The notes under the pieces were generated by a model, which ran no database searches, had not been told where the DNA came from, and was given only the letters and a program-made list of their open reading frames with translations. DNA of 32,058 nt, taken from NCBI GenBank assembly GCA_018238545.1, contig JABCTC010000038.1, positions 1 to 32,058 on the forward strand. Direction: 5' to 3'. Both the position numbers and the translations under genes were made by a program. This document shows, piece by piece, positions 1 to 7,766 of this stretch (the first letter of the stretch is position 1; every line of letters begins with the position of its first letter). This DNA is from Candidatus Heimdallarchaeota archaeon (GTDB lineage: Archaea > Asgardarchaeota > Heimdallarchaeia > Heimdallarchaeales > Heimdallarchaeaceae).

Positions 1-274
1 AGGAATGAAGTGAGTGTGCATTTACTCCGACAACATTCCTGCCATTGCGCATCGTGCTGTATGGTTCAAACTTTATTAACTGAGGGACAAGTGTTCAAAC
101 ACTTGCGAACCATAAATATAGCGAGTTTTCGCCAAGCACTACCCATATATCAGCACTTTCCTATATAAACTCGTAGAAAAATGGAAGAAAATTGGAGAAG
201 TATTAACCATCACCACCTCAACATGCAATGAGGGACAACTCAGAGACTTCTGGCAAGATTGAATAAGATTTTAA
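1..274 (+). mobile_element. Possible decayed transposase 3' end / IS remnant
   Basis: + frame 2 reads GMK*VCIYSDNIPAIAHRAVWFKLY*...RVFAKHYPYISTFLYKLVEKWKKIGEVL...FWQD* with internal stops, loosely like DDE transposase C-termini. The adjacent secreted-protein gene ends abruptly here. Weak evidence. Confidence 0.2.
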
Positions 275-616
275 TCAGCTGTTGCTAACGGTGCTATTTG
301 ATGCTAGATTTTCATAGACAAAAATCACAATTCCGCCAGTATAAGATTCAAGTAAACTTATCTCAACCAAAGTTGGAGCATAATCGAGAATTATAATATT
401 ATCAAAATTATCGATTGGAGCACTCCCAATAATACTTCTTTCAACAATAACAAATGAAGGATCTAAGGTTATTCTATCCATCAAATAGTCAGGTATATCC
501 TCTCCAACAACTAGCACATCAAAACTATCCTGAGCTAGGGTCTGTGATGAAAGTACTGTGAGTGAGATAAATGCAAGTAAACAACTAAAAGTGACAATAG
601 CAAGCTTTCTCTTCAT
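275..616 (-). CDS. Secreted/surface hypothetical protein, possibly 3'-truncated
   Basis: Sec-type signal peptide (MKRK, hydrophobic core, TLA|QD). The mature part looks like the start of an alpha/beta domain (DVLVVG, NIIILD, GGIVIF) and stops after about 85 aa. Confidence 0.6.
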   Translation of the reverse strand: MKRKLAIVTFSCLLAFISLTVLSSQTLAQDSFDVLVVGEDIPDYLMDRITLDPSFVIVERSIIGSAPIDNFDNIIILDYAPTLVEISLLESYTGGIVIFVYENLASNSTVSNS

Positions 617-728
617 AAAAACACCTATGGTGCATAAGATTACTGACTAGTATATATGATTTATTGAGAATAAATATCAGTTAAGCATGAAGAATCTCTG
701 ATAAAACAACATATTCCTTTGTTTTAAG

Positions 729-1139
729 TCAGCTTATCAGGTAATTTACTACGTAACCTTCAGCTTCAAGGAAGTCCTTAAAGAAAATTAAACTGGCATT
801 TCTTAAGAAAACAACCGTTGGAGCATCTAACGAAGTAATTAACAGATCGTTAAATCTACGAATAAAGAACATGAATATTTGATAAAAAGCAGCCATTCTT
901 TCATCAACATGAATAAACCTGAAATCATTAATAGGTCGAACATATTCTTTCTCCCAATCCCTACAAGCTGCCTTCATTAATGACTTTATTACAGTTTCGC
1001 TGAGATTTGGCATTGCTGTATGTATACAATCTTGAAGCTTTTCTAGGATTTCAATCTGTCCTTTATTGAGCATTATCTTTCTCGAGCTAATAAGAGCTGA
1101 ATTAAGTTTTCCTTGATCAAGCTCAAATGTAACACTCAT
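729..1139 (-). CDS. Hypothetical protein, probably alpha-helical
   Basis: 136-aa ATG ORF filling the space with no competing ORF; no recognisable motif. Confidence 0.65.
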   Translation of the reverse strand: MSVTFELDQGKLNSALISSRKIMLNKGQIEILEKLQDCIHTAMPNLSETVIKSLMKAACRDWEKEYVRPINDFRFIHVDERMAAFYQIFMFFIRRFNDLLITSLDAPTVVFLRNASLIFFKDFLEAEGYVVNYLIS

Positions 1140-1270
1140 TATTATTTAAGCCCTCAATGTTATCTATAAACTTTTGCTCGATATTGAGACAAAACACAGT
1201 ATACACTGTCCTTTAAACGCATCTAGAAACATAGCTTGAGATGTTAAATGAAAAGAACATTAGTAAAATG

Positions 1271-1276
1271 TTATAA
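1271..1276 (+). promoter_or_regulatory. Putative TATA box (TTATAA) for the gene at 1301
   Basis: TTATAA preceded by a purine-rich stretch, 25-30 nt upstream of the ATG, consistent with a leaderless archaeal transcript. Confidence 0.45.
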
Positions 1277-1300
1277 GTCAATTATTTGATACTGTAAATC

Positions 1301-1852
1301 ATGTCTGTACATTTTGAGAAACCTGGTGATCACACAGAAGAAGTACTTAATTTAGTGCAAAAGAAGGTAGATGAGCAAAAAATCTCACAAGTCATAGTTG
1401 CAACAACCAAAGGTGACACTGCTCTAAAAGCTGTTGCTTCCCTAAAGAATTGCAAGATTGTAATTGTTACACATCAAGCGGGTTTTAAGGAACCAGGAGG
1501 AATGGAGATTGAAGAAGGTATTATCAAAGATATTGAAGCTAAAGGTATAAAGGTTGTAACAGCTACACATGCTCTTGCTGGTGTTGAACGAGCTGTAAGA
1601 AAGAAGCTAGGTACTTGGATGACTGTTGAAATCATGGCTCAAACGCTCAAAATATTTGGGCAAGGAACAAAAGTATGCGCAGAGATTGTAGCAATGGCTG
1701 CTGATGCTGGGGCAATTTCTCTAGATAATGTCATTGCTGTAGGAGGAACAGGTAGAAGTGCTGACACGGCTTGGATTATCAAACCAGTTCATACACATAA
1801 TTTCTTTGATATGAAACTTATAGAGTTAATATGCAAACCTAAAAACAGCTAA
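1301..1852 (+). CDS. Pyruvate kinase C-terminal (alpha/beta) domain-like conserved protein (MTH1675-like)
   Basis: Motifs HFEKPG, IVATTKGDTA, VTHQAGF, THALAGVER, FGQGTKVCAEIVAMAADAG and AVGGTGRSADTA are typical of this family. Confidence 0.8.
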   Translation: MSVHFEKPGDHTEEVLNLVQKKVDEQKISQVIVATTKGDTALKAVASLKNCKIVIVTHQAGFKEPGGMEIEEGIIKDIEAKGIKVVTATHALAGVERAVRKKLGTWMTVEIMAQTLKIFGQGTKVCAEIVAMAADAGAISLDNVIAVGGTGRSADTAWIIKPVHTHNFFDMKLIELICKPKNS

Positions 1853-1862
1853 GTGTGATAAA

Positions 1863-2570
1863 ATGATTTTTGATCCAACACAACTTAATTGGGTATTTGT
1901 TGTTGTGTCACTCATCGTCGTTTTTCTTACTCTGGGTTCTGTTTATCTATTTGCGTATCTTAATTATGAACGATGGCAAGTTAGAAAACTAAGCCACATG
2001 ATATTGCACACAGTTCTAGCATTTTTTCCTTATTTCGTAGACAATTTATTCGACATTATAATTACCTTAAGCATAACATTAGTTTTACTTCTTGTACTCT
2101 CTATAATACCTCAAATCCAATTTATTCCAAAAATTATTGAAAAATGTACAAGGGAAGGGGATAGCAATATGCAAATGGTCATAAATTCTACTTTGACTAG
2201 TATAGCTGTCTTGCTAATTTACGTGCTTAATTTAGATAGACCATATGTATTTACAGCAGCTTTCCTATCGGTAAGTTTGGGCGATGGTCTTGGTGAAATG
2301 ATAGGGAGACCATATGGAAAGATAAAATATCGCATCTTCGAAGAACGCTCCTTAGAAGGATCTATTGCAGTGTTTGTTGGAACAGCTGTTAGTATTTTTG
2401 TAGCTTTAGCCGTTAACAAGATGCTTGCAGTAGATATATGGTGGAAGATAATTGTAATTGCTCTACTAGGTACAATTGTTGAAGCATGTAACTACAGATT
2501 CTTAGATAATGTTACAGTACCTGCAATTGTAGCACTAATGATGTACGTGCTATTTGAGCTACTATTGTGA
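1863..2570 (+). CDS. Phytol/dolichol/farnesol kinase family membrane protein (SEC59/DGK1/VTE5, CTP-dependent)
   Basis: Multiple TM helices with RKLSH, GDGLGEMIG, RSLEGS, VEA and DNVTVP motifs. Confidence 0.85.
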   Translation: MIFDPTQLNWVFVVVSLIVVFLTLGSVYLFAYLNYERWQVRKLSHMILHTVLAFFPYFVDNLFDIIITLSITLVLLLVLSIIPQIQFIPKIIEKCTREGDSNMQMVINSTLTSIAVLLIYVLNLDRPYVFTAAFLSVSLGDGLGEMIGRPYGKIKYRIFEERSLEGSIAVFVGTAVSIFVALAVNKMLAVDIWWKIIVIALLGTIVEACNYRFLDNVTVPAIVALMMYVLFELLL

Positions 2571-2617
2571 CCAATATTTTATAACAAAGAGTTTTATTTG
2601 AATGCTGTGGATACACT

Positions 2618-3320
2618 ATGATATTTGACCATACTCATGTTGATTGGATAATTGTAGTTGTATTCGTCCCTGTTTACTATTTCTCATTTTGGTTACCCTT
2701 TATACTAAAACGATTAAAGCTTCCTATCTGGCTTACAAGAAAAAGCGGTCACATTGCGATAAATGTATCCACAGCACTTCTCTCCTTCTGGATGACAAAC
2801 CTTTTTGATTTTGTTGTAACATTCTTCACATTACTAGCTATAATTATAATTACTTCATATATTCCTCAAATAAAAATGATGACTAGAGTCTATGAAGGAA
2901 ATTTGAGGGAGGAGGAAAAATCACTATTCTTCACCATAAGCACTGTTCTATCCATCGTAACATTGTGGGCAGTAATGTTTGTTTTTCATGATTCAAAATA
3001 CGCTATTATGTCTGCGTTTCTGGCCCTTGCTATAGGAGATGGTGCAGGAGAGATGATTGGAAAACCCTTGGGTAAAATCAAATATAAGATATTTGTAGAG
3101 AAAAGTCTTGAAGGTTCAATTGCAGTATTTGTTGGTATTTCATTTAGTATTGCGATATCTTTTGCAGTTTATGATCTTATGACCCCTCTCAAATATATGG
3201 AAAATTTTTGTTGTTGCAATAATTGGTACTGTAGCTGAAGCTTTAACTTATGCGGGGATAGATAATTCAACTGTTCCATTATCAGTAGCAGCTTCGTTAT
3301 ATCTCTTTATGCTAATTTGA
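2618..3320 (+). pseudogene. Second SEC59/DGK1/VTE5-family kinase paralog, frameshifted near 3183-3195 (pseudogene or assembly error)
   Basis: RKSGH, GDGAGEMIG and KSLEGS in the ORF frame. The homologous C-terminus IWKIFVVAIIGTVAEALTYAGIDNSTVPLSVAASLYLFMLI* continues in the +1 frame to TGA at 3318-3320. Removing one base gives 233 aa versus 235 aa for the paralog. Confidence 0.85.
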
Positions 3321-3881
3321 TTTCTTTTCAGCGGATAGAAGATATGTCCCTTTTGTTAATCTCTTCCAGTTAACCGAGAAACCTATTTCTTGACATTGAT
3401 CTGTCAATTCTTGGGGAGAGAAAAAAACACTTCCAAAACGCAATATTTTTTCGAAAATAAACAAAAAGATATTACCGATATATTTCCTATCATAATCTCG
3501 TATAATCAATTTACCATTTTCTTTCAGAACCAAATGGCTCTCTTGAAGAGTTTCTTTCTGTTTACGAATATGGTGGAGAACATCGTTAACGAATATCTGC
3601 TTGATAGTGTTTTCACGAAATGGCATGGAATCACCTGTACCTTGAACTAAGAGCAGATTGCGTGACTTATTTTGAGCTTGTTTTATCATCTCAAAAGAAC
3701 GATCAAGCACGAGACATTCATTGACATAGTTTAAAAATAAAGTTGCTACTCTGCCAGTTCCTCCCCCTAAATCCACGAGTAACTCCTCCTCAGAGTATGT
3801 GAAATCGTCTATAATCTTCTCTAAATCGAACCCTCTTATGATATGGTCGTATCGTCCTGCTATTCGTGAAAAGAGATCCAT
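3312..3881 (-). CDS. Class I SAM-dependent methyltransferase (UbiE/MenG-like)
   Basis: FSRIAGRYD N-terminus, LVDLGGGTG motif I, LDRSFEMI, MPF, LHH and LKENGKLII. Confidence 0.85.
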   Translation of the reverse strand: MDLFSRIAGRYDHIIRGFDLEKIIDDFTYSEEELLVDLGGGTGRVATLFLNYVNECLVLDRSFEMIKQAQNKSRNLLLVQGTGDSMPFRENTIKQIFVNDVLHHIRKQKETLQESHLVLKENGKLIIRDYDRKYIGNIFLFIFEKILRFGSVFFSPQELTDQCQEIGFSVNWKRLTKGTYLLSAEKKSN

Positions 3882-3931
3882 TAGAAGAAAAGAAAAACGC
3901 TATTTTAAAAAGAATAGGAAAAGACGAAAAA

Positions 3932-4918
3932 TCATTCACAAGCTTCTTCGTCCATTGTTGGCCAAGCTTCTTCCTTGTACCAGTAAGGTTTACGAATCCT
4001 ACCAAATGCATTGTGGGCTGCTATTGCTCCTTGTGCAACTGCAATAACTATTAACTGGTATTGTGTTGCAATATCACCTATAGCAAAAATTCCTTCGATG
4101 TTGGTTCGCATTTCTTTATCAACTTTGATGTATTTACCTTCAGTTTTGAGACCAATGTTTTCAAAGATTTCTAAGTTTGTAGACATACCTACAGCTAAAA
4201 TACATTTATCGATTTCTACTTCTCTTTTCATGTGTGTATTAACATCTTGCAAAATTGCTTTCTCTAAGAGTTTATCTCCTTTAAGTTCAGCAATTTGGTG
4301 TTCGTAAATAATTTCTGCCAAATTGTCATCAACAATTTGTTTAACTTTTGTTTCTGCTGCTCTGAAACTATCTCTTCTGTGGACAAGATAGATTTTCTTG
4401 GCAATATCAGCTATCATATGCACAGCATCGATAGCGGTATCCCCACCACCAACAACTAAAACATTTGCACCCTTGAAACGGTCAGGGTCAGTAACAAAGT
4501 TATAAACACCTTTGTCCTTAATCTTGAACTTTCTTTCACCAGTTATTCCTAATTCTGCTGGTTTGGATCCTGTTGCAATAACTATACTCCTGAAATTATA
4601 TCGACCTTCATTTGTTATAATAGTAAGTATATCATCTTTTTTTTCAACATGAATAGCTCTCTCATTCTTAACTTCAGCTTGCACTTCACGAGCTTGTATA
4701 ATAAACTCATCAATCAATCTTTTACTTAGGATACTTGGGGTTCCAGGATAGTTTTCCAGAATTTTACGACCATAGAGGGTGGTTACAATACCACCAAGAC
4801 GTCCGCCTTCGAAAACTGTAACTTTGAGACCCTTGTAGGCAGCAATGATAGCGGAGCCTAACCCACCAACACCACCACCGATTATTCCTAAGTCACCATA
4901 ATAAACATCATCTGACAT
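3932..4918 (-). CDS. Thioredoxin-reductase-fold flavoprotein lacking CxxC; probable ferredoxin-NADP+ reductase (YumC type)
   Basis: GGGVGG FAD motif, IATG, VVGGGDTAID, HRRDSFRA (NADPH-type) and TNIEGIFAIGD. The CxxC position reads GVYNFVTDPDRF. Confidence 0.8.
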   Translation of the reverse strand: MSDDVYYGDLGIIGGGVGGLGSAIIAAYKGLKVTVFEGGRLGGIVTTLYGRKILENYPGTPSILSKRLIDEFIIQAREVQAEVKNERAIHVEKKDDILTIITNEGRYNFRSIVIATGSKPAELGITGERKFKIKDKGVYNFVTDPDRFKGANVLVVGGGDTAIDAVHMIADIAKKIYLVHRRDSFRAAETKVKQIVDDNLAEIIYEHQIAELKGDKLLEKAILQDVNTHMKREVEIDKCILAVGMSTNLEIFENIGLKTEGKYIKVDKEMRTNIEGIFAIGDIATQYQLIVIAVAQGAIAAHNAFGRIRKPYWYKEEAWPTMDEEACE

Positions 4919-4977
4919 ATTAACCAGAAAACATAACTCACTAATATTTGTTTTGCATACGGCATTAGTTCAAAAAG

Positions 4978-6324
4978 TTAGCTTAAAGACTTCACAACAT
5001 AGTCTTTTGCAATCACCAAGGCTTTACAATCATCCGAATTATAAGATATAGCTCTTTCCAAAGATTTTCGGTCATTCCGTAGATACCAATTGTCAAAGAG
5101 GATGATACTTGTTGCACCATCTGTAAGAGGCTCATTCCATTTAAATCCTAACCAATTTGCAACATCTTTTAACGTGTAAGTATAAATTGGGAGAATGATT
5201 TTTTCCTTGAAAATATCAAATAGATCTAGTGAATGATTCTGAATTTTGTGTACTGGGTTTCTAGGGAGATTGTATTTATCTACAAGATTTGTAAAATATT
5301 GAGGTTCGGCTGCTGACCAGTGATAAAGTTTATAGTCATCTCCTAGGTTTGAAATAAAATCTAAAAATGCTACAATCATTTCTTTTTCTTCTTCAGGAGA
5401 ATTAGCTAAAAACGATTTATATTCAACTTCATCATTTTTTCTAATCACACAACCTATTATCCAAACAAAATCATGATGAGATGAGCCTTCAACATCCACA
5501 AACAACTCTATTTGGGATGTAGGAAAAGACATTTTTTTTCTGATTATGGCTTTTTTGTCCATTAAAGATTTAGCCTGTAATTGAAAATATTCTAGATCTT
5601 TTGAAAGGAGATCCTCGTCTTTCAAAGTAGAAAGATCAGCTGTTGCTAGCGAAGGTATATCAGTAATATCATGGGAAAACAAGACTTTCTTAACTCTCTT
5701 TCCAATTCCACTTACCAAAGTTAAATCAAGAGTGTCAGCTGCAAGGTTTCGACAATGGTATCTCCATTCACATACCCTGCACCCCCTAGTATAATTTGGA
5801 GATATTGATTGTTCTCCAGATTTGAGCTTATAGATTAATGGAAGATCAGAAATCAACTCAGAAAGATAATTTTCAACATCATATTCAGTATCACCGTTTT
5901 TTGACCGTATAATGAAATAATTGACAGGATTATCATAAAATTCAGATAAAATATAAGTTGCAAAAGTACCTTCCATCATCAAAGGTTTTCTTGCACGAGC
6001 ATTGTTTCGAAAGAATGTTGGGACATAGATTGAAAAATCAGAAGAGTTAATGTTGGTTTGCTCTAACTTGTCAACTTTTGAAGCATAACTTCTGTTCCCA
6101 ATCCAACTTTGATTAATGACACGTTTCGCATTATCTATTGCTATGCTAGTACCCTTAATTCTGCTTGCAATTTGTTTAAATGTTAATTCTTTACTCTGAC
6201 TATCACGCTTGCGTGTCTTCAAAATAGGGTGCACACTCATTTCATCCTCAGGACCATGATAGCTTAGATAGAGTAGCATAGAACATTTGTAGAACAAGCG
6301 GATGTCATAGTGAGTAATAAGCAT
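4978..6324 (-). CDS. TM0106-family RecB-like putative nuclease (Cas4-like domain + HhH + RNase H-like DEDD domain)
   Basis: FYKC...CRVCEWRYHC cysteines, LTLVSGIG helix-hairpin-helix, FVDVEG, YHW, YTLKDVA...LGFKW and YNSDDC. Confidence 0.85.
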   Translation of the reverse strand: MLITHYDIRLFYKCSMLLYLSYHGPEDEMSVHPILKTRKRDSQSKELTFKQIASRIKGTSIAIDNAKRVINQSWIGNRSYASKVDKLEQTNINSSDFSIYVPTFFRNNARARKPLMMEGTFATYILSEFYDNPVNYFIIRSKNGDTEYDVENYLSELISDLPLIYKLKSGEQSISPNYTRGCRVCEWRYHCRNLAADTLDLTLVSGIGKRVKKVLFSHDITDIPSLATADLSTLKDEDLLSKDLEYFQLQAKSLMDKKAIIRKKMSFPTSQIELFVDVEGSSHHDFVWIIGCVIRKNDEVEYKSFLANSPEEEKEMIVAFLDFISNLGDDYKLYHWSAAEPQYFTNLVDKYNLPRNPVHKIQNHSLDLFDIFKEKIILPIYTYTLKDVANWLGFKWNEPLTDGATSIILFDNWYLRNDRKSLERAISYNSDDCKALVIAKDYVVKSLS

Positions 6325-6376
6325 TGTAGAAGGAAAAAAGTTAGCAATCTTAAAAGATTTGCAAATAAGAGAAAAA

Positions 6377-7765
6377 TCAAAGGTTCTTCATCATCTTATC
6401 AATACCAGGTTCAACTCCTTGTAGAACCATATAACCTCTAGGTCCTTCTCTAGTTGTAATCTCTCCTGCAATATTTGTGAGCATTATAGCTCTTACTTCA
6501 TCTACATTTCTAGTATGGCCTAAAGCCCAACTCAGTTTTGTGTAAGCTGCTGACGGTAACATGTTTTCACCTTCTATGACGCCTCGTGCTAGCATATCTC
6601 TCCCAGTCTCATAAACTCTCAATTGGGCGAAACCGAACAGAGGTTCTACAACCATAATAACAGGAATTTCTTCTTCCTTACACCTTTCTAAAGCAGGATA
6701 GATATCTGTTCCAACATGTCCTAAACCAGTTCCTATCATTACTACACCATGATAACCAAGATCAACCATAGATTCTAACATATCAGGATTCATTCCGGGA
6801 TAGAAATACAGCATCCCCACTCGAGAATCTGTCTTTGTATCTAGATAGAAATCTTCTTTTGGCCTTCGAGGAGAAATATCATCTTTGAACCATGTAACTC
6901 CAGAATCATCAATCTTACCAAGAGGGATATCTGATAAGGTTCTAAAAGTATCACGTCTAGCGGAATGCATTTTTCTGCATCTGGTAGCTCGATGGATTAG
7001 ATTGTAACTGTCACTGGGAGTACCGTGCATAGCGATTACTACCTCACCAAAGTTTTCATAACCAGAAAGTTGAGCAGCATACAATATGTTTCTAGGTCCA
7101 TCAGAAGAGGGACGATCAGAGCTTCTTTGACTACCAACTAACACAACGGGGACAGGTAAGTTGCGTAGGAAAAATGATAAAGCACATCCTGTCACGCACA
7201 TAGTGTCTGTTCCATGACCTATTATGATCCCATCTGCACCAGATTCTATCTCTTTAGCTATAGCTTCAGCTGTTTTAACCCAATACTCTGGTCGAAAATT
7301 TTCACTCAGTATTTGATAAAGTGTTTTTGGGGTCAGATTTACAGTTGAAATTAGTTCAGGAACTGCAGAAAATAGTTCATCTGGAGTAAAAGCTGGAAGG
7401 ACAGCGCCAGTTCTGTAATCCAATCGCGATGCAACTGTTCCACCAGTGCCCAGAAGAGTTACATTAGGCAAATCCTTCTTAAATTTCACTTCAATATGAG
7501 GTAGTTCATAATTTCCTTTATGAAATCCTATTTCCTTAATGGTTGCTTCTTCATCAATTAAGACACCCAAATTGTAACCTGTATCAACTTTCAATGTAAC
7601 ATAATCATCATCAGTATGTTGACTCCGAGGTAGTAGTAATCCTTCATATTCCGCATCACCTTTCTTAATGACAACTTTACTCCAGGTTCTGATTTTATCT
7701 TTAATCAATCTTTCACGCAATGCTCCTCTGTAACCTTCAGGTTCGCCATTACCATTATTACTCAT
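6377..7765 (-). CDS. gatD: Glutamyl-tRNA(Gln) amidotransferase subunit D
   Basis: Asparaginase motifs GTGGTVASRLDYRTGAV, HGTDTM, VGSQRSSDRPSSD and RKMHSARRDTF; N-terminal GYNLGV domain; adjacent to gatE. Start placed at 7765 because AGGAGG (7775-7780) lies 9 nt upstream; 7774 is the alternative. Confidence 0.95.
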   Translation of the reverse strand: MSNNGNGEPEGYRGALRERLIKDKIRTWSKVVIKKGDAEYEGLLLPRSQHTDDDYVTLKVDTGYNLGVLIDEEATIKEIGFHKGNYELPHIEVKFKKDLPNVTLLGTGGTVASRLDYRTGAVLPAFTPDELFSAVPELISTVNLTPKTLYQILSENFRPEYWVKTAEAIAKEIESGADGIIIGHGTDTMCVTGCALSFFLRNLPVPVVLVGSQRSSDRPSSDGPRNILYAAQLSGYENFGEVVIAMHGTPSDSYNLIHRATRCRKMHSARRDTFRTLSDIPLGKIDDSGVTWFKDDISPRRPKEDFYLDTKTDSRVGMLYFYPGMNPDMLESMVDLGYHGVVMIGTGLGHVGTDIYPALERCKEEEIPVIMVVEPLFGFAQLRVYETGRDMLARGVIEGENMLPSAAYTKLSWALGHTRNVDEVRAIMLTNIAGEITTREGPRGYMVLQGVEPGIDKMMKNL

Positions 7766-7766
7766 C

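Noticed and set aside
275-295. GTTGCTAACGG resembling an integron attC core site
   Set aside because: No matching partner core site, extended hairpin, cassette array or integrase is visible.
3190-3238. Cys-rich tail CCCNNWYCS as a metal-binding or lipidation motif
   Set aside because: Out-of-frame product of the frameshift.
4978-6324. Cas4-like cysteines suggesting a CRISPR-Cas locus
   Set aside because: No repeat-spacer array or other cas gene was seen; the architecture is TM0106-type.
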